NCBI GenBank assembly: GCA_965202585.1
Contig: OZ241830.1
Coordinates: 70,494,001-70,558,000, forward strand
Source: Thalia democratica
Taxonomy: Eukaryota
Reading direction: 5' to 3'
DNA length: 64,000 nt
The position numbers and the translations under genes are program-made. Below the pieces are notes generated by a model. That model was not told where the DNA came from. It did no database searches and saw only the letters and a program-made list of their open reading frames with translations. Positions 1 to 15,300 of this stretch are shown here, piece after piece; position 1 is the first letter of the stretch, and each line of letters starts with the position of its first letter.

Positions 1-3000
1 TAATTAAGGGCAATATTTTTAAACCAACACAAAACGCTGTTTTTCATTAATTTTTTCAATTATATGGTTTTACTATGTCTAAATTCTCCTTTAACACTCT
101 ATAAATAAAAAATTATAAATATTTTGTTTCTTTGCAAAAATGTTTACAGTTTTCACAATGTGTATAAGTGTGTTAATAAAATGAAATAGCTATACACTGA
201 CAGACAAAAAAATGTTATAAGTTAAAAGTTATTTTGAGTTTAATTAATGTGCTTGAATTCATAACTGCTTTACATTAACATATGTTATTATTATAAACAT
301 TTTAAAATTTTTATTATTTAGGGAAAATTGAAATATTTATATATATACTTTATAATACTGTCATAATTTTGGAAAGTCCATGTGCTTTAAATAATAGAAC
401 TTGATGAGAAAACTGAGAAAACTGAGAAAACTTTTATAGGTAAAACTTTCAAAATGGGAACAAAAATAAACATGATATAATAAGTAGCTGTTGCATGAGA
501 GTCACAGAAAGCAAATCGAACTCTGAATACGAGTCTAGTGAAAAGATCAAAGAGTTGATACCGTTAATAAGGAGTTTATATATAATTAAGTAAGCAAAGT
601 ATTTACGTACCTGACAATATTATTTAATTAATTTATACTTACAACAATGACTATTATTGCATTTTAAACAACAAAATATTTCAAAAACAGGATTTTTTTT
701 CTGTTTAAAGATAACTTTTGATTATGTGAAAAACAAGCAATTAATCTGTAACGTCATTTTAAGAATCTTTTTAAGAAAAAAATTATTGTAGTTAAATTAA
801 AATTTATGCTTTTTAAAAAGTGCAAACTGTTACGTTTCAAATACTACTTTGTTCTTGTTAGTATATAGTTTAACAAATTTTCGTTTACATCTTTAAATTT
901 TTTCAATTGTGAAACATTTTAAATATTTTGAAGTTTGATTGTAATAATAAAAGCTAAAAGATTATTTTTAAAATGCAAAGTAAGAATTGAAAAATAAGAT
1001 AAAATCAGCAAAGTGATACTTTTTTAATAAGAAAAATTGAACTTTTCTATTACTAAAGGTTAGTTAAACTTATCATGAAGCATACCAATTAAGAAAAATT
1101 TAAGGGTATTTCTGAGCTTTCTAATTTAAACATAAGCTTTATTTTATTTTGAAATAGTTAAAAGTAGATTATAAACTTATATTGTTATTTTTTATCTTTT
1201 AAAACTAATCTATTGATATTTTGTACAATTAAAAGTATGCCAAAATGAAACATTCTTCTTGTAAGATATTTTTAAATGATGAAAATATATGTTTTTCACA
1301 AAAAATCGTTGTTTTTTTAGGAGATTAAAATAAAGTTACATTTAAAAACTTTATTTCTTAAAAAAAATACCAACAAGTATAATAATTTATTATTAATTTT
1401 AGCTAATAAGTAAGTTTATTTACTTATACCAAATATTTAACCAAAACAAATAAGTGTAGGTCTACAATTAGAACTACAAAAACATAAATTACATAAAATG
1501 AATAAAGCTAACTTACAGATTAAAAAAATTCATTATAAATTAAAACAGTGTGTTTGGGGAGTATAAATACATTAAAACTTTTTTTTAAATTTGAATTATT
1601 TGAAATTATACATGATTTGATGTACCGACATTTATATGCTGCTAAATTATTGTTTACAAAACCTCTACTTCAAAATACTTTCATTGTCGTTGAAAATCCG
1701 AAAAATTGTCATTTACTCTTATTTACTTGTTTTCTGTGCTTTTAAAAGCGTATTATTGGAAATTTAAATTCTAAAGCATACAAATACACCAAAGGTATAG
1801 CGTGCAAAACTTTGTGATTATCAAAATTCAATCGTATAACCTTTTTTAATGCAGCACTGTTTATTATTTACACGATTTAATCTACTCTTTTTAAAGGATA
1901 ACTTGATTATATGCGCTGATTGTATCTATTTTAGATATTACTCATAAGATCATTATAATCTACATAATTTAAAATAACTTAGATTGTTTTTCATAAGATC
2001 TAAGTAACTTTATGTGTTTAGAATTAATTACATATTTATAAATATCTATTTGTTACTTAAAGTAGTTATTTAATTGTATAAATTACAGACATTAATATTT
2101 TTATTATTAAATTTAAAAAAAAATTAATAGAAAACATAAATATACGGTTTTAGAACAGTTAAAAAACTCTTTAAATTGCAAATTTAAAATAATAATGGTT
2201 TTAGGCACCTTAAAAATTATTAACAAAAAATAATAATATTTAATTAAAACTTTTGATTATCCAAAGTAAAAATAGCTGAAACCAGTAAAATTTATCTCAA
2301 TATTCTATTATAGTAGGTATTACATCACAAAGGTTTCATGACTTACTTCATCAATCTTAATATTTGATACAACTTTTATAAACTTGTTTTGTTCTTAATA
2401 ATACTAACAATTATTGTGTTTTTTTTTAAACCATTTCGAATCCAAAATTTTAAGCAAAACCGATTAAAAATTTATGTTTATGTTACTATATAGGTTAAGA
2501 ACATGCATTATTTCTTAACAGTTGTTTGTGGCAAACTTTTTTATAGTCATGCCATTATTTAAACGTTTGTTTACATTTTCGCCAAAATAACTCAAGTATG
2601 CACGATAAATCTATGTTGAAATCTTGCTATACTGTCACAAAAAAATTCAAATTTTGAATGTCTTTAAAACTTTGCTTATTAATATATTTAGTGAGTATGA
2701 GTGTTAAGATTTTATTTTCTCCACTGTGATTTTTTCATTAAAAAAACTTATAAATTATATAGATTGGCTACGAAAAGCACAGCTTACAAAGAAATATTGT
2801 CAATTTTTGCCTCGAGATACGCATCTATTAGCTTTGTTACTCATGACTTTGATTTTCAAAATCTTTAATTAAAATAGTTTGAATACTCTCAAAGTATTTT
2901 TCTTATTAGTTAACAATTTAATATTTGATCATTAGATAACATAACAAGCATAGTAATTATAAAAAGCTCAAACTTTTAAATTTTTAAGGTAAATTAAGCT

Positions 3001-6000
3001 TCACGCAATTCAAAGAATCTATAAGGAAAATTCCAATACTCTGCTAAGTACAGTGTGGGTTGTAGTAAAATAAATGTATTTTAATAAGTTTAAATTTTCT
3101 AAATTTTTTGCAAACTGTCTAAGTACTTTTTTACTTATTTTGAAAAACAATTAATTTTATGTACTAAACTTTTTTTAAACTTTCAAGTTTTTAATTATAT
3201 AATGCTACTCGTATACTCAATTATTAACAGTAGCTTTATTGCACTCTTTTTTTGATCAGCAATAACTTTAAATTCTGAAATATAACTGGTTATATAAGGA
3301 TGATAATTAAATAAATACTATAATATTTAAATTAGTACGGGAAAGAGTCAGTGATCGTTTTTTTTTATTTTTCTATGCCATCAAGTAGATAAGGGATCAA
3401 ATGATTTTTACGAATATCTTGTTATACAAAGTTGTATTATAAAGTGTTACACTACCCTTTTTTCTTCATTTTAAAAGATAAATGATAATCTTATAAAAAA
3501 CTAAATGAAGCTCCATATAGTTCACACGTTAATGTTATTATGTTACTGTTAAATATCGCCTCACAACAACTTGACTTGCAGCAAATTAGTGTTTTTTCAC
3601 TTGAAACTTATCAGCGTGAATAACCTTTTTTTTTCTCTTTTCAGCAACTTGTCTTTTATTCGACAGGTTTCGAAAGCAATGAGCCTTCGGCATTAGCATT
3701 TCTTTCATGGTAAATTCCTTTTCACTGGCCTCACATTTACTTAAGTGTTACATTCAATTATATTGGTTTTAATATGTTTTACTGTTCTTATTCTGGCAAA
3801 CTATTCTAATAGAGTTCATAAAACTTTAATATTAAATGTTTGTTTTTTTTTATCGCCCATAATCGATAAAAAAGTTTAAACTAATTTGTTTTAAAAACTT
3901 TTATAAATAGATAAGCCCTATTTTTCTAAATACTTTTTAAACTTTGATTAACATTATATTTCGAATAGTATGATAATATTTAAATGTTCGAATAAAAAAT
4001 CTTTATTTGTTGTATCTAAAATGTATTTTATTGTATTTCAAAAAATAATTATAAATTATTTTAATCACTCAACCTATTGTATTCTATGCAAAAACAGTAA
4101 CAAATTAGTATAATTTTAACGTTTGGTATTATAATTTGGCTCCTCTATGATTGACTTTTAAATCTCTAAAATCTAACTAACCCAATTTACATGACAGAAT
4201 TTGATACAATGAACACATGTCTATAAAATTGTATGAATATAATTTTAAACTATACGAGAAGAAAAAATTGTATTTTAACAATTTAAATATCGGATCTAAA
4301 CTTTTCTCTATTAATGAAAAAACAAGCAACCAAATAAAGCCAAATGTCCAAAAACAAACAATTAGTTTAGTTAAGTTTTACGCATTGTAGGTTTTAAACT
4401 CTATAAATAGTTTATTGCAAATTGAAAAGACTAGTTTTTACAAAACTTTATTTTTTCTGCAGAATTTACCTTTGGAAACGGAAGTGAATTTGCAGGAAGC
4501 AAATTTTTAAAGGCAATATGTAACTCAGTTCGACCTGAGGTAAACCTAAAGTAAATATTGTTTAAATTTTAATGTCTTTGTTTTATATGAATTTAAGTCG
4601 TTTTTTTTACATTCAACAAACTGATTAAAATTTGTTAAGTAATTGTGTATAATGTTGTGAAATATAACGAAAAGTACAATTACAAAAAATCATTTGTTTG
4701 TATTGACTTTATAAAAAGTTAGGCATTTTTAAACACATGGCTTATAAAGGGGCTTAAGAGTAAACTAACTTTTGATGAAAATAAATGATATTATTTTGAT
4801 GTCTACTTTAAGCTGATGTCGATAAAGTAGTATCGGAGTAATTCATTTCAACAAATTGGTTTTGCATAGTTTATTATCAATTTATTTAAATGTTTTTTTT
4901 TTAGTTTTACCTAGGTTATCAATGATTTTTATTATAATTTAAAATTTTATTAAAGCAATTTTAATAGATAAGCCAGATCATTTGAATAATATATGAAAAA
5001 TATCAATCAAGCAATAGTATAAACTAAACAAACAGTTTTTACTGCGTTTTGTATTAACTATTTTAAAACTAATAAATAAGATAACTTCTCGTTCAAAGTA
5101 ACATTTTCGTTTGCTTTCCTAAAATAGTTTGTAAAAGTTTTTTTAAATTTAGTTAAAAACAATAAATCTACTTAAGCTAAGCGTATGGTCTTTTTAAAAT
5201 TATTGAATTCTTTAAAAAATATTTTTACTCGTTTAATGGATCGTAAAATATCTTTAGAAAAACACAAAATTAACGTACCTTTTAAACTTTAAGAAAACCT
5301 TATTACCAGTTAACCTTTAAAAAAGTTGTAACATAAAAATTTTTGTTCTTATTCATTCATTAAACAATTTTTTCTACTTGATATGTTTCTTACTTCAACC
5401 GTTATTTAAAAACATGATTTAATAAAAGGTGAAGGAATCAAATGAAAAGAACTAGCAGACTTTACAAAACCGTAATTTTATGAATATTACGACACATAGA
5501 ATATGTTTTTTTGCTAACAAGCTCTTTATTTATAATATTTTAAGATTGTATCTAGGTCATCTGTGGTTTTAAATGTTTTTTTTTGAAGCACACTTACCTG
5601 TTAACGTTTTTTCTGAAAACATTTGAGTATAAAGTTTTTTTATTTGATAAACAAGTTGTACTGCTTTTATCTAGCAAAATTGTGTACTTCTATGTTTTTG
5701 TTTTTCATTTTTTAGATTTATTTCTGTATCGTGTACTTAAAACTTAAATACTTATCGCAAAACACTTAAGTATTCTGCTTTAATTTTTTGAAATTGTTTT
5801 ACCAAGTGTTAAAATTTATTTAATACTATACAACAACCCTAATTTCTATGAACTTTACAGAAAAACAGAAGAGACAACAGAAAATTGTTTCATTTAAAAT
5901 AATAATTAACGATTATAGGTTATTGTTCTAAACCACAATTAAAACAATCACATCTACTCATTTTCACGAGTGTTCCATCAGTTGTTTTAAAAAACACATT

Positions 6001-9000
6001 TTAATACAATAAGTGGTGAAACCAAAAAACTAGCAAATTTTATAAAAAACATACTTTTTAAAAAGATTACATCATAAAGATATTTTTATTTTGCTGCAAA
6101 TCGTTCCGGTTTATTATTATCGTGAGTGTTATGACAACCACCATGTAAAAAAGAGGTCATTTTGGTTTACTAATAACTGTTTCAACAATGAAGAATTTAA
6201 ATGCTAATAAAATAATTTATATAAAACTTTATTTTGATCGATTAGTGAAGCAGTTTCGTTAATTTAAAAAAAAATAATACTAAATTAAGGAAAAATTTAC
6301 TATGCTATAAATATTCTTATATTAAATTGCTGTCTTTCAAAATAAATCAGATAAAATAATTTATGATATTATTTTGTTGGTCTAATTTACTTTCCAAAAT
6401 AATTCGTAGTATTTCGTTTCTATAATTACTTTATAATCATACTTAAAATCATAAACTTGATTAAACTATACTAGGGAAAGTTATTTTTACTTGTTGAAAT
6501 TGTTTGCAATTATCTGATTTATAAACAAATACTTTGTTTTGTTTTTAACAAAGTTTATATTTACATATATTTATATTAGTTACTTACTTGTTAATAGCTT
6601 ATGATATTTACCTTTATTACAATTTAAAAATACATAAGCTTTTGGCATGTAATTTATTTTACTTGCATTAGTTTAGTTTATCAAACTAAAGCTTAAACTT
6701 TTTACCTTTAAACTACATTTAACATTTTATTGTGGGTTGTTATTGGATTTCATGCATTTAAACAATTATACGATGTTGGCGTAAATTTCATCTTATTAGA
6801 CTAATTATTACAACATCCGATAGTTTAAAACAAGTTTTAAATCTATTTAATTTAATTTTTGCATCTTAAATTACTTCATTTCAATTCATTATGTTACCTT
6901 GTTAACCCCTGCCTCACACAAACCACTTAACAAAAATAATGTTTTTGAATATTTTCACATACAAGTATTTTACCCACGATCGATATATATATCATAGATG
7001 AACTATTTTCAACAATAAGTTTCCAATTATTTCTGAAACATACCTTACTTCACTTTAACTATCTAACTTGATAATTTTTGCAACGTGTATAAATCCCGAT
7101 TAATTCCAAATCGGTTAAATTTATTTTTGTTCTTGTTTCTATCAAGTAAAACCACATAACATAGGTTTAAAACCTTTAGATATTGTGGTTATAAAAACGA
7201 ATTATTTATCATATGAATTGAAACTAACTTAAAAAATTAATCTGCATTAAAAGTCTACCAATCTTTTTTTTTGAAAAATACAATACTATTATAAAACGGT
7301 TTGTTACATATTGAACTAATCTTAATAGTTATGTAATGTTTTATAAAGTTTATAATATTCCTGTATAGTTTTACTACCCATTGTGGATTAAATCTAGTAA
7401 GGTGTGGTAAGTATTATTGAACTTTACGGAAATGATCATAGAATCATAATTATTTATTTGGCACTTAAAAAAAACAAAGAAGCATTTCAGTTTAAAGAAA
7501 TTTTCTAACCTAAACTGTCTAAAAAGTAAATGAAAAGTTTCACTGTTTTCTCATCCCTATAAACTTAACATTAAATAGTTTAGGTAAAAATATAATAAAT
7601 TTTCAGAAGAAAATAATGATTATCTTTATTTATCATCTACTCTGTAAAAACATTCAAGACAAGTTTAGTTTTTTTTTCAAGCCTAGTATTTTAATTAACA
7701 ATGTTTTTTTTTGATCGCTGAAGTTTGTTTATTTATAAAATGTATACTTTTAATAAAATATTATTTTTCAAATCATAGGTTTGAAACTCAATAGCGTACT
7801 AGAGATTGAATCATAACAATTGTTTCGTGTAAAACAAATTGAAGAAAAACTTACCTCACAAAACATTTTTTAGATGACATCATAAATATATTTTGAGTTT
7901 CTTTTTACGTATATTAAATACCGTTCTCAGATTTTTTTTTTTTTGTATAATTTTGTTTTATTATTATTTTATTTAATATATTACATATCAATAACTATTA
8001 CTTTGTTAAACAGCTGTATTATTTTGTTCTTTACTACTTTTTAAAAAAAATATAAAAATATTATTTAATAAGATCAAAGTTCAATACAACTCTCAACATT
8101 TTTTAAATTGTAAAAGATTTCTTTGATTTTAACAACATTTTGCAGTAAAAATTTTTTACAACGTTTTTTGATTTTGTATAACTTGATTTAAATACAATTT
8201 ATTGAACTGTTTAAAAGATGCTTTTAAATAAACAAGTTAAACTATAAAAACCTTTAGACATTTTTTTTTGAACAATATTACTTAAAACTCGCAAATAGTG
8301 TATTTTGTTGAGGTTGATGTTGTTAAGAGTGTGTAACTTTTTGTAATATAACAAAATCGTATAAAAAACTTTTTTTATGTTTTTATAAGTTATAAAAATT
8401 AGGAAGTTTAAACTTTAACTATAAGTAGACTGATTGTATACTATAGTAATAAATGTATTTTTTGTCATACTTTTAGTTAGAATTTTAGTATTACTGATTA
8501 ACAAATTTTAACTTGTAATAAACAGTTTTAAATACATCAGAGTATAATGTAATCCTAAAAAAAGTAAAATTTTAAATTTATAAAAAAACTAAAAGTGGTT
8601 CCCAATTATTTTCATTTTTTATATGAAATTGTAGAAACACAAGCTTGTTAACAATTTTACTTTACTTAAATAACAATATAAAAACGATTGTTTTGCTTTG
8701 TTATATACAACTAGCAACATTATTTTACTAATTTAAAAAGTAGTAAAAAATAGCTTAAAACATCAAAAATACTAAGATAATGAATCTAACAACAACTAAA
8801 TAACAAAATTGTTACTAGATAACTAAAAGCAAGTTTTTAGTGCCTTTACTTCTAAAATCGAACAAAATATATTATTATTTTACTATTGAAAACAATATTT
8901 ATACTAAATTAAAAAGTACTTTTTTAACTATTTATTAAATATGTTTTATTTTACTTATGACATCAAACTTTGTTTCCATTATTATCCTAACTAAATTTCG

Positions 9001-12000
9001 AATGTTATATTAAAAAAAATAATTGCGTTGCAACTTCTAAATAAGCAGTATTTTTTATTGTGATAGCGTTAAGTAGTTTTTTGTTATAATTGTCAAAAAT
9101 GTATTTTCAAAGTTATTCATAAGTCAAGTATGTAGTTGTAAAAATCTTCAAAATTTTTTAAGATTTTTTTAAAATTAATAACTTTTGAAAATCATACAAC
9201 ACAAAATTTTTTAAGCAACAAGTACTCCAAAGAATTACGAGAATATAATTTTTCGTAAATCTTTACTGTTATAAACTTTTATTTCTTAAGTTTTGACTCG
9301 GTAAAGTTTAAATATTTATTTTATTTTCGTATTAAAATTTTTTACTTATTAAAATTGAAAATTTAAGTAAATTTCTGCAAGTTTACGTCTAATTTGTAAA
9401 AATATGAGCTGAATTTGAGCTAAGTTGTTAATAATATTTCTTTAAATTACTTCCGTATTACCCTAAATTTGACTGACATTAATAAGAATTGTGAGGCTTA
9501 TAGATTTGTTGACGGGTAACTTTTGCACTTTTACTTGCACAAATTAAAGAATTTCAAGTATCATTCAAGTATTGCATTATTGTCGTTAAATTTAAGTAAA
9601 CTATATAAGTAAGTATAAACTGTTTACTATTAAGTAAAAACTTGAACTTTAACTATAATAATAAAATAAGTGCAGCGTTTTAGCCATCACTAAATAAAAA
9701 CAATTTAGCGCCTATTTTCTAAAATTTATACTGATGCTTCTAGACTCTTTGTTGAGCATAATTATTTTATACTTGACTGACAGATAGACGTTTAACGACA
9801 CTTTATAGAATAAATTTTCATCATTGCATTTATGTAAAAATAGCACACTTTTATTAGTTTTACAAAATATTTTTCAAGTTTTAAGTTATTTGTAAAGTGG
9901 AAATATTTTTTAAAATAGCTGCTTATTTTAAAACTACGTAAAAACTGTAGTTTAGTAAACATTTACTTTAAAAAACCTCATTAAAAAACAGCTTGTTTGC
10001 TATAGTTATTTTTATTCAATTTAGGATGAATAATTTATTATTAAAAGCTATATAGAAAACACGCATTGACTTGAATTGTCTTTCTTATAGAACAAACTAA
10101 AATATGTTCAAATACAATCAGATATTTATAGAATATTTTATAATAGATATTTTAGAAAATATATATGTTTGCTTTTCAAAAACACTAAGTTGTCTGTATT
10201 TTGTTTGTGTCTGCTTATTAAGATAGCATTGTAAAAATTGTTTTAAATTTAAAAATGTATTAAATGAGTTCTGTAGAATAGTTTAACAAGGACATTTTTA
10301 AGCAAAACATAAATACTGTATCACCTCTTTTTTTTTATAACCTTTTTTTAATTTTACTTTCAACTAAAATATTTACTTAGCATTCTTAATGACTCATATC
10401 TTAAAACCTAATTAAGATTTAAAGTGTAGAAAGTGTAGAATTACTTAAGTATATATATTTAAGAATCTTTTTTTTATTTTTGTAAAAACTAGTTATAACT
10501 TGTCCAGGTGTCTTTAATGCATTAAAATAAGTAACAAAACTTATTAAAAACCGATTAATCTTTTAAAAATCTTATCTGTTCTTAAAATTTTTATTATTCT
10601 TATACCGCTAAAAACACATGTTACTTAGTGCAATTTTTAATAAAAAAAAAAGTTTAACAACTTAGTTAGTACTCAAAATAATATTATAAATACTGTGATA
10701 TTAAAAAGTATAATAATATTTTATTTAGTAACTTATCTTACTTAATTGCTAAAGATCTTAAAAAAAAACCATTTGAACATAAATAAATATATTCGAATAA
10801 TATTAGTTTTTATTTTTCTATGACAAATAGAAAACTTTTACACTTGTTTAAATCCAAAAACGAGTTCTAGTGAAAGTCACGTTTATTTATTTATGATAGA
10901 ATTAAAAATATAACCTAATAAAAAATCATCAAAATCTTGATAAAATTATAAAGGTGTTTGCTTAAGATTTTTTAGCAGTTATTACTTCTCTTAACATCGT
11001 TTATCTATTTGATTAACGCTAATAAACTTAATTAAATTTTTATTTATTATATGCGTCAGATTATTAGGATGATTGTAAAAATAAACAATAAAAACCTTGT
11101 TTGACCTATGGTACTACTCATGATTTAATTTTATATAAAATAGAAAAAAAAAATTGTCAAGATATTTTTTATTAAACCTTATTATTTTTAGCTTTTTTAC
11201 TTCTCTTATAAATTTTTTTTCAATGATATAAGTTCTTTTTGTAAAATTAAAACACCCATACACGAAAAATGATAACATTATTGAATTTTAAAAAATACAT
11301 ATGCTTAACAAATTTAACTATACAAAATACAACACGTAGAATCAAAATAGTTCAATTTTTTGTTAAAGTTATAGAAAACTGCCTTAAAAAAGTAAAATTC
11401 AGTTCTAAAATTTTAAATGAAGTGAAACTTCAATTTTAAAGTAAATTATCGGTATGGATTTATATTAATATTTAAGTTAACAACGCAAAAAATTGAAAAA
11501 GAACTAACATTTCATGAAATTAAACAAACTTTTTAATATGTGTTTTTATGATAAGTTTTGAAATTAATTTATAACTTAGATAATGCTCTGCTATGCTTTT
11601 ATTTTTCGCTGGTTTTTAGAAAATGTCAAAAATTCACTTGTATTTAATTGATGATGGCAAACTTCAAGTGGTTTGATAAAAATTCACAAATGTTGTAGAA
11701 AGCTACAAATGTTTTAATAACAATTACGTAATTCAGAATGAGTGTTTTCATCAATATAAACTATTTGTTGCCTTTCATCTCTTTCATATAAAAATATTAA
11801 CCTGTGTAACTAAATTTCTATGCACATCAATCGCAAGTCGGTTAAATTGTGTGAAAAATATTAGCTTGAGGTTTTATTTGACGTAAATAAATAATTTAAA
11901 TCAAGCTATAATTCACTTAAGATTAAGTTCAATGCAACCTGTCTTTTATATTTATTTTCGGCAACAATGTTCTATTTGTTTAATATGATTACCATTTTGT

Positions 12001-12361
12001 TTTTTCTGTCCATTATTTGATTTAAAAAACTAAAACTAATCTTTAATGTCTTACAGATTAAACTGAAATGTATAAACAATATAAAAAACAAATAGACAAT
12101 TAACAAATAACTTATAGACTATACTGTTTATAAAAAATACCGACTAATCAATTAAATACACTTTAAACGTAAATTTAAACAATTACATTTAAAATTAAAA
12201 GTTTAGAAATTTGTTTTATGTTTTTAAATAAATTTTTAAGATATTTTTTAATAGAGCAAAAAAACTCTATTAGTTTTAGAGTTTTATGTTTTTAGTACTT
12301 TTCATCAAAATTGATTCGGTTTAAGTACAGTTTTGAGATCAAAACTAAGGTTGTATGTAAT
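1..12361 (+). repeat. Copy 1 of ~12-kb tandem macro-repeat (array probably continues upstream of the window)
   Basis: Ordered shared markers recur in later copies: ctctgaatacgagtctagtg (521/12856), gcgtgcaaaactttgt (1800/14475/24461/39696), caagtatgcac (2593/15269/25269/40498), tttgttgacg (9504/19472/36331), cggttaaattgtg (11839/21737/38634). Base 1 is homologous to ~12362. Confidence 0.95.
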
Positions 12362-15300
12362 TTTTATTGAGGACAATATTTTTAAACCGAAACAAAATGC
12401 TGTAATAATATAACGTTTTACTTGTATAAGATTTTACTATGTCGAAATCCCATGTAACACTATAAAATGATGAAATTATTACAACTTTTTTTCTTTCAAC
12501 TAAAGTGTTAATAGTTTACACATTGTGTATAGGTGTATTTATAAAATGAAATTGCTTAACCCAAAAAGACAAAAAAAGTAAAAATATTTTAGTTTTAATC
12601 AATATCTTTGAAAGCATCACTGCTGTACATTGATAATTTTATTAATATATATATTTTAAAAGTTTTATAACATAGGGAAAATAAGATAATTTAAACATTA
12701 TAATATTATCATTATTTTGAAATGATTATATACATTAAACAATAGCACTTGATGTGAAACTGAGAATTTTTTTTAGTAAAATTTTCAAAAATAAAAACCA
12801 AAAATACAATATAATAAGTAGTTGTTTCATGAGAAACACAAGAAGCAGTTTGAACTCTGAATACGAGTCTAGTGACAAAGTCACAGAGTTGATACTATTT
12901 ATAAAAAGTTTATTTATGATAATATCTTTCAATGTTTCAGAGTCCAAAATTGAGAATTTCGGTGTAGAAAAAAATGTTACTTTCATTTTTTATGAACATT
13001 AAAAAACTGTACATTAATTAAGTTTTTATTAAGATCTTAATAGTGCGTAACAATTGAATTTAAATATATGTCTTACTATAATGAAAGAAGTAGAAGGAAA
13101 AGAATACTTTTATATCTTAAATTAAGATAAAGTTATACTACTTTTTTAAAGGTTAATATTTAATTTTAAGTTCATTTATTTCTTGTTTTATTTTGTATGT
13201 AAATGTTTTGGTTAAATAAAAAAAGCTGCTTAATTTACTGAGTAAAGACCTTTTATAAACAAATTATAAAAAGAAAAGTTAAAGAAAACAATAATGAGTA
13301 TTAGTACATTTTAAACTACAAAATATTTCAAAAACAAGATTGTTTTCTGTTTAAAAATAACTTTTGATTCAGTGAAAAACAAGTAATTAATCTTTAATGT
13401 CATTTTAAGAATTGAAAAAAAAAACATCATTGTTGTTTAATTAAAATGTACGCTTCTCAAAAAAAGCAAACAACTAATTATTAAATGCTACTTTGTTCTT
13501 GTAAATATATAGCCTTACAAATTTTTGTTTACAACTTAAATTAAATTTTTCAATTGTGAAACATTCTTAATATTTTGAAGTTTGATTGTAATTATAAAAA
13601 CTAAAAGATTATCTTTAAAATGCAAACTAAGAACTAAAAAATTAAATAAAATCTGCAAAGTGATAGTTTTCTAAATAAAAAAAATCCAACTATTTTAATA
13701 TTAAGTTAATACTAAAGATTAGTTAAACTTATCAAAAAGCACACTAGTTAAAAAAAAGTTTGAAGATTTCTATGCTGTTTAACTTTCTCATTAATACGAA
13801 GTCTTATATTTTGTTTAAAACTAGTTAAAAGCAGATTATAAACTTTTATTGTTGTTTTAATACCCTTTAAAACTAATCTATTGACAATTTGTACAATTAA
13901 AAAGACATCAAAATAAAAAATTGTTGATTTAAGATATATTCAAATGATGAAAATATATGTTTATCACAAAAATTGTTGTTTTTTTTTATAGGATTAAAAT
14001 ATAGTTAAATTTAAAAACTTTATTTCTTTTAGAAAAACAACAGTAGGTGTAAGAATTTATTATTAATTTTAGCTACATAGTAAGTTTATTTACTAATACC
14101 AAAAATTTTGTCAAAACAAATAAGTATAGGTCTAGAATTAGAACTACGAAAACATAAATTACATAATATGTACAAATAAAGCTAATTTACATACCAAAAA
14201 AAAAATATTATAGATTAAAACAGTGTCTTTAGAAATTAAAGTACATTGTAATTTTTTAAAATTTAAAATAGTTGAAGTTATACATGATTTAATGTACTGA
14301 CGTTTATAAGCTGCTTAAATAGCGTTTACAAAAACTCTACTTCAAAATACTTTCATTGTTGTTGAAATATCTGAAAAATTGTCATGTACTCTTATTTACT
14401 TGTTTTCTGTTCTTTTAAAAGCGTATCATTGAAAATTTAAATTCTAATGCCTACAAATACAACCGTGTGTATAGCGTGCAAAACTTTGTAATTATCAAAA
14501 TTTTATCTTATTACCTTTATAATGCAACACTGTTTATTATTTACATGATTTAATCTACACTTTTTTAAGGGTAATCTAGAAATCTTAGTATGCATTTAAT
14601 GTACCTTTTTTAGATATAACTCATAAGATCATTATAATCTATTTAATTTAGAACAACTTAAATCATTGTTTTTTTATAAGATCTAAATAACTTTATGTGT
14701 TTGGAATTAAGTACATATTTATAAATATCTATTTGTTACTTAAAGTAGTAATTAAACTGTATAAATTACACAGGTTTATATTTTTACTAATCAGTTTCAA
14801 AAAATTGATAAAAAACATATATATACAATTTAGAATAATTTTAAAATTCGTAAAATTGCAAATTTGAAATAATATTTGAATTAAACCACCTTAAAAACTA
14901 TTAAAAAAGAATAATAGTATTTAATGAAAACTTTTTATTATCCAAAGTAAAAACAGCTGAAACCAGTAAAAGTTATCTTAATATTCTATTATAGTAGGTA
15001 TTACATTACAAAGTCTTCATGACTTACTTCATTAATCTTAATATTTCATACAACTTTTATAAACTCGTTTTGTTGTCATAGTAACAATAACTGTTTTTTT
15101 TTTTACCATTTGTAATCCACTATTTTAAGCAAAACCTGTTAAAATTTATATTTATTTCACTATATAGGTTAAAAGCAGGTAATACTTCGTAACAGTTGTC
15201 CGTGTCTTACTTTTTTATTAGTCATGCAATTATTCAAACATTTGTTCACATTTTCGCCAAAATATCTCAAGTATGCACAAAAGATCTACCTTAAAATTTT

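Noticed and set aside
3645-3709. 65-nt AG...GT micro-exon interpretation (also 1749-1813)
   Set aside because: Conservation and frame continue past the GT. The AG of the 1749 segment is lost in copy 3, and island 9380-9600 cannot be bounded by shared AG/GT without including a TAA. Not excluded without RNA data.
12735-12986. Hydrophobic minus-strand ORF and its homologue at 22695-22949
   Set aside because: The two differ by non-triplet indels, so their C-halves are in different frames, and copy 1 has an early stop. Hydrophobicity is expected from T-rich sequence.
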